45,509 nt of DNA from Lentimicrobium sp. (GTDB lineage Bacteria > Bacteroidota > Bacteroidia > Bacteroidales > 4484-276), in assembly GCA_012516825.1 (NCBI GenBank), contig JAAYWF010000208.1, forward strand, positions 1 to 45,509. Direction: 5' to 3'. The position numbers were made by a program, and so were the translations under genes. Of the stretch, positions 34,341 through 41,906 are shown piece by piece. How positions within the stretch are numbered: position 1 is the first letter of the stretch; the number at the start of each line of letters is the position of its first letter. The notes under the pieces were generated by a model. That model made no database searches. It saw only the letters and a program-made list of their open reading frames with translations, and was not told the DNA's origin.

Positions 34341-34673
34341 TTATTTCTTGTTCTTACTAAAGCTTAATTTAGTAAACTGAAAATATTTGAGTACTGTGGC
34401 AATACTTTCGAGGCTAAAACGTGGACTATTTGCTTTTGTAATTATTCCTGTGTAAATAGATCCGAAAAGGAAAGAAGATAGAAAGCAGTAGAGGAAAAAC
34501 GTAAAGAAACTTTACTAGATTTAACTGCAAATAAAATTGCAGAAGTCCGCTTTTTGCAACTACATTTCCGTGTCAGAAGAAACTGTACTTTTTGGAATTT
34601 CAAAGAACACTCCAAAATATAGTGCTGATTTATAATTATATCAATTTGTTTATCAAAAGGATGAGAAAACCTC

Positions 34674-34681
34674 TATTTTTG
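34674..34681 (+). promoter_or_regulatory. Candidate -7 element (TAnnTTTG) for the R-M operon
   Basis: TATTTTTG lies 29 nt upstream of the hsdM ATG. The nearest upstream TTTG (34645-34648) is 25 nt away, which is wider than the usual spacing. Confidence 0.35.
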
Positions 34682-34710
34682 TAGGATAAAGTAAAACTGA
34701 ATATTAATAA

Positions 34711-36282
34711 ATGGCAAAAAAACAAGTAAAAGAGAAGGCGATAGAGGTTGCGTTGTGGGAATCGGCGAATAAACTACGTGGAAGTGTAGAACCTTCGGAA
34801 TACAAACACGTAGTGCTAGCATTGATTTTTTTGAAATTTGTGAGTGACAAATTTGAAGAGCAACGAAAAAAACTAATCGAAGGCGGAAAAGAGAAATATA
34901 TAGAAAGACCGGAATTTTACAATATGAACAATGTCTTTTTTCTGAAAGAAGAAACTCGTTGGTCATACATTGTGAGCAAATCCCGTCAAAACGACATCGC
35001 GCTGATAATCGACACCGCTTTGCACACCATTGAAAAAGATAACAAAGCTTTGAAAGGTGCTTTGCCGGACAACTATTTTTCCCGTCTCGGACTTGACACA
35101 TCCAAATTAGCCGCTCTTATCAGCGAAATTGACAGCATAGATACACTGAAAGACAAGGAGCAAGACGTTATCGGGCGTATTTACGAGTATTTCTTGGGTA
35201 AATTTGCAATTGCCGAAGGGAAAGGAAAAGGTGAGTTTTACACACCCAAAAGCATTGTGAATCTGATTGCTGAGATGATTGAACCGTACAAAGGAGTAAT
35301 TTACGACCCTTGTTGCGGTTCAGGCGGAATGTTTGTGCAATCCATCAAGTTTATCGAGGCGCATCACGGCAATAAAAAAGAGGTTGCCATTTACGGACAG
35401 GAATATACCAATACCACCTACAAGCTGGCGAAAATGAACCTTGCCATTCGGGGAATCTCTGCCAATCTTGGTGAAAGAGCCGCTAACACATTCAGCAACG
35501 ACCTGCACAAAGACCTGAAAGCTGACTTTATTATGGCAAATCCGCCTTTTAATCAAAAAGATTGGCGAGCAGAAAATGAACTTTTGGATGATCCCCGTTG
35601 GAAAGGATACGAAATACCACCCACAAGCAACGCCAATTACGGTTGGATACTCCACATGGCCTCCAAACTCTCTGACCATGGCGTAGCCGGATTTCTTTTG
35701 GCAAATGGCGCCTTAAGTGGTGGCGGTGACGAATACAAAATTCGCAAGCAACTAATTGAAAATAATTTGGTGGAAGCTATCCTGATTTTACCGCGAAACA
35801 TGTTTTATACCACAGATATAAGTGTAACACTTTGGATATTAAACAAAAACAAAAAAGAGACCGTTCGGAAAATTGGAGACGAAACAAGAAATTACCGAGA
35901 CCGACAAAAGGAAATTCTTTTTATGGATTTACGGGAAATGGGCAAGCCTTTCGAGAAAAAATATATCCAATTCTCAGATGCAGATATTCAAAAAATTACC
36001 GAAACGTATCATAGTTGGCAGCAAATTGATTGGAAATCTACTTATAAAGATATTCCCGAATTCTGTTATTCCGCAAGTATCGAAGAAATAAGAGAGAAGG
36101 ATTATTCGCTTGTGCCGAGCAGATATATTGAGTTTGTTAATCGGGATGAAGAGATTGATTTTGATGAGAAAATGAAAAGTTTGCAGCGGGAAATAGGAGA
36201 ATTGTTACAAGAAGAAAAAAAATCTCGCAATGAGTTGCTACGTGTTTTTGAAGACTTAGGTTTTAAAATTGAGTTAAAATGA
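34711..36282 (+). CDS. hsdM: Type I restriction-modification system, DNA methyltransferase subunit M
   Basis: 523 aa. HsdM_N-type N-terminus (LWESANKLRGSVEPSEYKHVVLALIFLKFVSD), SAM motif I DPCCGSGGMF, and catalytic motif IV NPPFN. Confidence 0.95.
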   Translation: MAKKQVKEKAIEVALWESANKLRGSVEPSEYKHVVLALIFLKFVSDKFEEQRKKLIEGGKEKYIERPEFYNMNNVFFLKEETRWSYIVSKSRQNDIALIIDTALHTIEKDNKALKGALPDNYFSRLGLDTSKLAALISEIDSIDTLKDKEQDVIGRIYEYFLGKFAIAEGKGKGEFYTPKSIVNLIAEMIEPYKGVIYDPCCGSGGMFVQSIKFIEAHHGNKKEVAIYGQEYTNTTYKLAKMNLAIRGISANLGERAANTFSNDLHKDLKADFIMANPPFNQKDWRAENELLDDPRWKGYEIPPTSNANYGWILHMASKLSDHGVAGFLLANGALSGGGDEYKIRKQLIENNLVEAILILPRNMFYTTDISVTLWILNKNKKETVRKIGDETRNYRDRQKEILFMDLREMGKPFEKKYIQFSDADIQKITETYHSWQQIDWKSTYKDIPEFCYSASIEEIREKDYSLVPSRYIEFVNRDEEIDFDEKMKSLQREIGELLQEEKKSRNELLRVFEDLGFKIELK

Positions 36283-38312
36283 AAGAAAAACAACTAAACC
36301 TTTTTGAGTTGGGTGGTGAGTATGATATCTACTCACTTATCAACGATGAGTTTTTGCCGGAAGAGTACCACGAAATTGAATATAAATCCGGCAAAGACGG
36401 TTTCCCGAAAGAATTTTGGAAAACATATTCTGCCTTTGCCAACACCAATTCCGGAATTATTGTTATAGGGGTAAAAGAGAAGAGAGGAGTTTTTTCGATT
36501 GAGGGATTAACAGACGAGCAAATTTCAAAATATAAAAAGCATTTTTGGGATAACTGCAATAACCCGAATACTGTCAGTGTTAATCTTTTGAGCAATGAAG
36601 ATATAAAAGTTGTTGAGATTAAATCTAAAAAACTGCTGGCTATCAGGGTTCCTTTCGCTCACCGTACTCAAAAACCTGTTTTTCTTACACGAAATCCATT
36701 AGGAAATACTTACAAACGCAACCATGAAGGTGACTACCGATGTACCGATGACGAAGTGAAAAGAATGTTGGCTGATGCAGTTGCTGAACTTAAAAGAGAT
36801 AATCTGCTATTGGAGAATTTTACGATAGAGGATTTAGACCCCGTTAGCATTCGTCAGTTCCGTCAACTGTTTTCATCTACTAAGCCGGGGCATGCTTGGC
36901 TCAGTTTGGAAGATAAAGAACTATTGAAAAAAATCGGTGCTTATCGTATTAACCGAAAAACCAAGCAAGAAGGTATTACGCTTGCCGGATTGTTGATGTT
37001 CGGCAAAGAAGACAGTATTCGCGAGCAGGAAGCCTTACCCGATTATTTTCCTGATTTTAGAGAACGTTTGTCTATGGATGAAAAGGTACGATGGACAGAC
37101 CGTATTTATCCGGACGGAACTTGGGAATGTAACCTACTTCAGTTTTATTTAAAAGTGTGGCCCAAATTATCATCCACACTACCCAAACCATTCCATTTAG
37201 AAAAAGATGAACGTATTGATGAAACGCCTGCCCATGTTGCTCTGCGTGAAGCTTTTGTAAATTCATTGGTACATACAGATTATTCGTTAAGTGGAAATAT
37301 TATCATAGAACTTGATACGGAAAAGTTTGTATTTTCCAATCCGGGGACCCTTCTTGTTTCATTGGAACAGTATTACGCGGGAGGAGTAAGTGAATGTCGT
37401 AACCCTGCACTACAAAAAATGTTTATGCTGATTGGGCGTGCCGAAAAAGCAGGTAGCGGAGCAGATAAAATTATAAGCGGCTGGCAAGCTTCTCACTGGC
37501 GAAGACCCTACCTTGAAATTGAAAATCAGCCGGATAGAGTAAAGCTTACTTTGCCTATGTTTAATGTATTGCCTGAACAGGTACACAATGAACTGAACAC
37601 TATTTTTGGTGATTTAAGCCATTTTACTCCCGAAGAATTAGTTGCACTCTCTTTTAGCTTGATAGAAGGCTCTACTTCCAATCACCGTTTACAGTACGCA
37701 TTAAATATGCATAGTTCAGATATTACAAAAATGCTGAAAAAAATATGTGTGGACGGTTATTTGGAAGCTGAAAATTACGGTCGTTGGACTACGTATAAAA
37801 TAAAACCTAAGCTTGCAAGCTTAGACACAAACCTTGCAACCTCAGGTAGAAAGGTTGACACCTCAGGTGGCAAGGTCGCAAGCTTTGATAGAAAGGTTGA
37901 CACCTCAAGTAGCAAGGTTGCAAGCTTACGTGATAGAAACCTTGCTACCTCTGGCAGAAAGGTTGCAACCTCTAAAAAACGTGCTGATAATCAAGGAGAT
38001 GGCGGAGAGAAGGTTGCAACCTCTGAAAGAAAGGTTGCAACCTTACAAGATAGCAAGGTTGCAACCTTAGCTGAACTTCCCCAAAGAATGAGCGTAAAGA
38101 AAATGGAAAATATAATTATGCGAATTTGTAAGGATAATTACGTTAAAAAAGAAGAGCTTGCAGAACTATTAAACCGTTCGGAAAATTATATCAGAAATAA
38201 AATTTTACCGAGAATGCTAAAAGATGGAAAATTAGAGAAAAAATACCCGTTTACGCTTAATCATCCCGAACAAGCCTATAAAACCACAGAAGAATATGCA
38301 GAAAAACTATAA
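36279..38312 (+). CDS. AlbA_2 (Schlafen-like) + HATPase_c_4 (RecG-C-terminal-like) + repeat linker + wHTH protein
   Basis: 677 aa. N-terminal AlbA_2 pattern (EYHEIEYKSG...AFANTNSGIIVIGV...LAIRVPF...PVFL...YKRNHEGDYRCT). The central region (ALREAFVNSLVHTDY...NPGTLL...RNPALQKMF..IGRAEKAGSG) is typical of the HATPase_c_4 domain. Next come 11 KVATS-like repeats and a C-terminal helix-turn-helix-like tail. The ATGA start overlaps the hsdM stop. Confidence 0.75.
   Translation: MKEKQLNLFELGGEYDIYSLINDEFLPEEYHEIEYKSGKDGFPKEFWKTYSAFANTNSGIIVIGVKEKRGVFSIEGLTDEQISKYKKHFWDNCNNPNTVSVNLLSNEDIKVVEIKSKKLLAIRVPFAHRTQKPVFLTRNPLGNTYKRNHEGDYRCTDDEVKRMLADAVAELKRDNLLLENFTIEDLDPVSIRQFRQLFSSTKPGHAWLSLEDKELLKKIGAYRINRKTKQEGITLAGLLMFGKEDSIREQEALPDYFPDFRERLSMDEKVRWTDRIYPDGTWECNLLQFYLKVWPKLSSTLPKPFHLEKDERIDETPAHVALREAFVNSLVHTDYSLSGNIIIELDTEKFVFSNPGTLLVSLEQYYAGGVSECRNPALQKMFMLIGRAEKAGSGADKIISGWQASHWRRPYLEIENQPDRVKLTLPMFNVLPEQVHNELNTIFGDLSHFTPEELVALSFSLIEGSTSNHRLQYALNMHSSDITKMLKKICVDGYLEAENYGRWTTYKIKPKLASLDTNLATSGRKVDTSGGKVASFDRKVDTSSSKVASLRDRNLATSGRKVATSKKRADNQGDGGEKVATSERKVATLQDSKVATLAELPQRMSVKKMENIIMRICKDNYVKKEELAELLNRSENYIRNKILPRMLKDGKLEKKYPFTLNHPEQAYKTTEEYAEKL
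37807..38070. repeat. Array of about 11 palindromic AAG[G/C]TTGCAA[G/C]CTT-type units inside the CDS
   Basis: Perfect palindromes: CTAAGCTTGCAAGCTTAG (37807-37824, 18 bp), AGGTTGCAACCT (37960-37971 and 38011-38022), AAGGTTGCAACCTT (38031-38044 and 38055-38068). Degenerate or hybrid copies lie between them, for example AAGGTTGCAAGCTT at 37914-37927. The units encode K[LV][AD][ST] repeats. Confidence 0.9.
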
Positions 38313-39429
38313 GCGATTAGGCGAATACATACAACAGGTGGACGAAAGAAATTCCAATTTGGAAGATTTGCCTTTAATGGGGCTAAGTGTTCAAAAAATG
38401 TTTATTCCGTCCATAGCTAATACGATTGGCTCAAATATGGCAAACTACAAAACAATCTACAAAGATCAATTTGCTTATATTGCTGACACTTCACGACGTG
38501 GTGATAAAATTGCAGTTGCTCTTTTTAAAGACTATGAGAAGGCTTTAATCTCACAAGCATATACAACTTTCGAGATTACAGATACCAAAAAACTTATCCC
38601 GGAATATTTAATGATGTGGTTTAGTCGTCCTGAATTTGATAGGTATGCCAGATATAAAAGCCATGGAAGTGTAAGAGAGATTTTTTCTTGGGAAGAAATG
38701 TGTGATGTAATGGTTCCCATTCCCAATATTACCCAACAACAAGCACTTGTAGATGAATACCAAACCATAGAGCGACGAATACAAATAAACGAACAACTCT
38801 GCCAAAAATTAGAAGAAACAGCACAAGCTCTCTACCGAAAATACTTTGTAGAAGATATCGATACGGAAGATTTGCCGGAGGGGTGGAGATGGGGGAAGTT
38901 GGAGGAAATTGCTACAATTACAATGGGACAATCGCCTATGGGAGAAAGTTATAATATTGATGGAATAGGAGAAATATTTTATCAAGGTAGAAGTGATTTT
39001 GGAATGCGATTTCCAACAATTAGAATGTATACAAATGAGTCAACCAAAATGGCAAAGAAAGATGATGTTTTATTAAGTGTAAGAGCCCCAGTTGGAGATA
39101 TTAATATTGCACCACATAACTGTTGTATCGGTAGAGGACTGGCAAGTATAAGGAATAAGAAAAAACATAAATCCTACATATTTTATTTGACAAAGAATCT
39201 AGATGAAATATTTAATGTAGCTGATGGAGAAGGTACAATTTTTGGAAGTATTGATAGAAATACACTTTTAAACATTGATGTAATAATTCCAGATGAAGAA
39301 ACTGTTGAATTATTTGAAGGAAAAGTTTCATCTATTGACAGGTTATATAAATATAATGATCTAGAAATTAGAATATTAAAAAAAACACTATCTTTGCTGT
39401 TGGCAAAGATGGGGAGAAAGGAGGATTAG
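38296..39429 (+). CDS. hsdS: Type I restriction-modification system, specificity subunit S
   Basis: 377 aa. Two target-recognition domains are separated by a central coiled-coil conserved region (QQQALVDEYQTIERRIQINEQLCQKLEETAQALYRKYF), with a C-terminal conserved helix (LEIRILKKTLSLLLAKM). LPEGWRWGKLEEI opens the second TRD. The start overlaps the upstream gene by 17 nt. Confidence 0.9.
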   Translation: MQKNYKRLGEYIQQVDERNSNLEDLPLMGLSVQKMFIPSIANTIGSNMANYKTIYKDQFAYIADTSRRGDKIAVALFKDYEKALISQAYTTFEITDTKKLIPEYLMMWFSRPEFDRYARYKSHGSVREIFSWEEMCDVMVPIPNITQQQALVDEYQTIERRIQINEQLCQKLEETAQALYRKYFVEDIDTEDLPEGWRWGKLEEIATITMGQSPMGESYNIDGIGEIFYQGRSDFGMRFPTIRMYTNESTKMAKKDDVLLSVRAPVGDINIAPHNCCIGRGLASIRNKKKHKSYIFYLTKNLDEIFNVADGEGTIFGSIDRNTLLNIDVIIPDEETVELFEGKVSSIDRLYKYNDLEIRILKKTLSLLLAKMGRKED

Positions 39430-39431
39430 TT

Positions 39432-39854
39432 ATGACACATTTTGAGAAACTTGATAAATTATTAATGGGTTTAATGTCAAGAGTAAAACATCAAATGTCA
39501 GGAAATTCTGAAAATCCCAAACTAACATTTGATTTTCTTTGTGATGTCTTGTTGAAAGATGAAGGAATTGAGGATTGGGAAAAGCAGTTTTTGCAAAATC
39601 GTTTAATGAGCGATGGTTTTTTATCTTTTGATATTGTTAAAGGCATTTCAATTCCAAACATCACTCAAAAAGGAATTGAGTTTGTACAAAAAGGGGGATA
39701 TAGGAAATTACAAGAAAAAGAGAAATTGTTTGAAGAAGTTCAAATTTCAACAATAAAAAGTAATAATAGGAGTAAGTGGGCACTGATTGTTGCGATATTA
39801 TCTTTGATTATTACATTGATGTTTAATATTATAATCTTACTTCTTGATAAATGA
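39432..39854 (+). CDS. Small tail-anchored membrane protein, function unknown
   Basis: 140 aa. A soluble N-terminal region of about 115 aa contains ...PNITQKGIEFVQKGGYRK, possibly a wHTH wing. A single C-terminal hydrophobic helix (WALIVAILSLIITLMFNIIILLL) ends 2 residues before the stop. A canonical AGGAGG (39419-39424) lies 7 nt upstream of the ATG. No family was recognised. Confidence 0.6.
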   Translation: MTHFEKLDKLLMGLMSRVKHQMSGNSENPKLTFDFLCDVLLKDEGIEDWEKQFLQNRLMSDGFLSFDIVKGISIPNITQKGIEFVQKGGYRKLQEKEKLFEEVQISTIKSNNRSKWALIVAILSLIITLMFNIIILLLDK

Positions 39855-40936
39855 AACTACAAAATAGAATAAGAGACTTGTTTAAAAAAGATGGAAAAGG
39901 TTATTTGATAAAAAGAGAAAGCCATAACCTTGAATTTAAACAGAATTTTCAATTAGGGGACAACTTGTTGAAATATATCAAAACATTAGCCGGCATGGCT
40001 AATAATAAAGGTGGTATTATTCTATTTGGTATTCAAAATAGTCCACATATTCCAATAGGCATGACTAATAATCGTTTCACAGAAACTGATCCGGCAAAAA
40101 TAGATAGAAATATTAGGGAATATTTTTCTCAAGAATTAAAATGGAGTTCATTTATTCATAAAGAAGAAGATAAGGAGTTTGGGATATTGATTGTAAATGA
40201 AAGTGATGAGAAACCTGTTATTTGTAAAAAGAATGGAAGTGATGTGTTAAGAGAAGGTGCTATTTATTACAGATATAGAGCGGAAACAAAAGAAATTGAA
40301 TACCCTGAATTAAAAAAAATTCTTGACCATGAAAAAGAAAAAGAAAGAAATCTATGGATTAAACATATTGAAAAAATATCACATATAGGACCGAAAAATG
40401 TGCATTTATTAGATAGCTATACAGGCGAACTATTTGTGGGAAATGGGAAAATTCTTTTAAATGAAGAGTTATTAGACAAACTGAAATTTGTTAAAGAAGG
40501 GAGTTTTACGGAAAAAGAAGGCGAAGGTTTACCTACATTAAGACTTGTTGGCGATATTGATGGTGTTGTAGATACTTCAATCACAATTAAACCAGATGTC
40601 ATTTATCCATTAACCACAGCTGATTTACAAAGAAAATTAAATTTAAATCAATATGAAATTCAAGCAGTTATTTCAAAACTTGATATAAAGAATAAGCCTA
40701 AATATCATACTGCTATAAGAAGTGGCAAACAAACACAAGTTCATAAATACTCAGAAAATTTGGTTGATATTCTAGAAAGGATGATGCAAAAAGAAAGTTT
40801 TTTGCAAGATTGTATAAGCGAATATAAAGTAAAACAAGCTGAAATTCGTGAAAGTAAAAAAGCAAATCTTAATATTAAAAAGCGTAATAAAAAAAACATA
40901 AAAATCAATGACCAACAGCGAAATAATTCTTTATAA
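39851..40936 (+). CDS. Short AlbA_2 (Schlafen-like) domain protein with an uncharacterised C-terminal half and a basic tail
   Basis: 361 aa. AlbA_2 pattern RESHNLEFKQN...LAGMANNKGGIILFGI...FGILIVNESDEKPVICK...REGAIYYRYRAET. The C-terminal 190 aa or so are unassigned, and the tail is lysine-rich (KKANLNIKKRNKKNIK). ATGA overlap with the upstream gene. Confidence 0.65.
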   Translation: MKLQNRIRDLFKKDGKGYLIKRESHNLEFKQNFQLGDNLLKYIKTLAGMANNKGGIILFGIQNSPHIPIGMTNNRFTETDPAKIDRNIREYFSQELKWSSFIHKEEDKEFGILIVNESDEKPVICKKNGSDVLREGAIYYRYRAETKEIEYPELKKILDHEKEKERNLWIKHIEKISHIGPKNVHLLDSYTGELFVGNGKILLNEELLDKLKFVKEGSFTEKEGEGLPTLRLVGDIDGVVDTSITIKPDVIYPLTTADLQRKLNLNQYEIQAVISKLDIKNKPKYHTAIRSGKQTQVHKYSENLVDILERMMQKESFLQDCISEYKVKQAEIRESKKANLNIKKRNKKNIKINDQQRNNSL

Positions 40937-41906
40937 AAACTCGGAAGGTAATATTAAAATAGATGTTCGGCTCGAAGATGAAACCGTTTGGCTTACGCAA
41001 GCGCAGATTTGCGAATTGTTTCAAAAATCAAAAGCTACTGTAAGTGAACATATTAAAAATATATTTGAAGAGGGAGAGTTGAATGAGAATTCAGTTGTTC
41101 GGAATTTCCGAACAACTGCTTCGGATGGTAAAAACTACGATACCAATTTTTACAATCTCGACGTAATTATTTCTGTTGGTTATCGGGTAAAATCGCCACA
41201 AGGTACGCAGTTTCGTATTTGGGCAACCCAAAAACTGAAAGAATACATCATCAAGGGTTATGCACTGAATGATGAGCGTTTCAAAACAGGAACTTCGATG
41301 AATTATTTCAACGAACTGCAGGAACGCATCCGCGCAATTCGCCTTTCGGAGAAATTTTTCTACCAAAAAATCAAAGACATTTACACTACGAGCATCGACT
41401 ACGATCCCAAAGATGAAAAAACCATTGAGTTTTTTAAGGTAGTCCAAAATAAACTACTTTGGGCAATCAGCGAGCAAACGGCAGCCGAATTGGTGTATCG
41501 GCGTGCAGATGCAAGTTTGCCTATGATGGGAATGCTTTCTTACGACAAAGAGCAGGCTACTTCTATCAAAAAATCGGAAGTAAGTATTGCCAAAAACTAC
41601 CTGAATGAAGACGAGATGAAGTTACTTGGGCTTTTGGTAGAGCAATATTTGGCTTTTGCCGAAACAATGGCACAACAACATATACCCATGTATATGAAGG
41701 ATTGGATTGCTCGGTTGGATATTATTTTGAAACTAAACGGCAGAGAATTACTTACTCATGCAGGTAAAATATCTCATCAGTTGGCATTGAAAAAATCGGG
41801 AGAAGAGTATGAAAAATTCAAGAACCGACAAAAAGCGATTGAAAAAGCAACGAGTTTGAAAGAATTAGAAGAAGACATTCTCAAACTAAAAAAATCAAAG
41901 TCATGA
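40908..41906 (+). CDS. RhuM-family (Virulence_RhuM) protein
   Basis: 332 aa. The N-terminus EIILYKNSEGNIKIDVRLEDETVWLTQAQICELFQKSKATVSEHIKNIFEEGEL...VIISVGYRVKSPQGTQFRIWATQ is characteristic of the RhuM family. It overlaps the upstream gene by 29 nt, and its stop overlaps the hsdR start (ATGA). Confidence 0.85.
   Translation: MTNSEIILYKNSEGNIKIDVRLEDETVWLTQAQICELFQKSKATVSEHIKNIFEEGELNENSVVRNFRTTASDGKNYDTNFYNLDVIISVGYRVKSPQGTQFRIWATQKLKEYIIKGYALNDERFKTGTSMNYFNELQERIRAIRLSEKFFYQKIKDIYTTSIDYDPKDEKTIEFFKVVQNKLLWAISEQTAAELVYRRADASLPMMGMLSYDKEQATSIKKSEVSIAKNYLNEDEMKLLGLLVEQYLAFAETMAQQHIPMYMKDWIARLDIILKLNGRELLTHAGKISHQLALKKSGEEYEKFKNRQKAIEKATSLKELEEDILKLKKSKS

Noticed and set aside
34341-34710. tRNA gene, att site or integrase remnant marking the left island boundary. 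Direct repeats shared with the right flank (45122-45509) were also considered.
   Set aside because: I could find no cloverleaf-compatible GC-rich segment and no shared repeat of about 15 nt or more by eye. A proper repeat search could still find something.
34673-35101. 142-aa minus-strand ORF overlapping the 5' end of hsdM. Similar antisense or alternate-frame ORFs occur elsewhere, for example 4386-4616, 24097-24384, 35320-35679, 42883-43275 and 43660-43953.
   Set aside because: Each lies entirely inside, or antisense to, a confidently identified gene. They have low-complexity or Cys/Ser/Leu-rich composition and no recognisable motifs. This is typical shadow-ORF noise.
37834-38070. 78-aa ORF with an RLQP/RLTPQVA repeat, in an alternate plus-strand frame.
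   Set aside because: It is an artefact of the palindromic repeat array, which keeps more than one frame open. The frame that continues the 677-aa protein is the coherent one.
37807-38070. Possible CRISPR array or other non-coding repeat locus.
   Set aside because: The repeats are only 12-18 bp with irregular spacers of about 6-30 bp. They lie in frame within a long ORF flanked by recognisable protein domains, and there are no cas genes.
38296-39429. Phase-variable hsdS shufflon.
   Set aside because: There is only one hsdS copy, no inverted partial hsdS duplicates, and no recombinase or invertase gene within the window.
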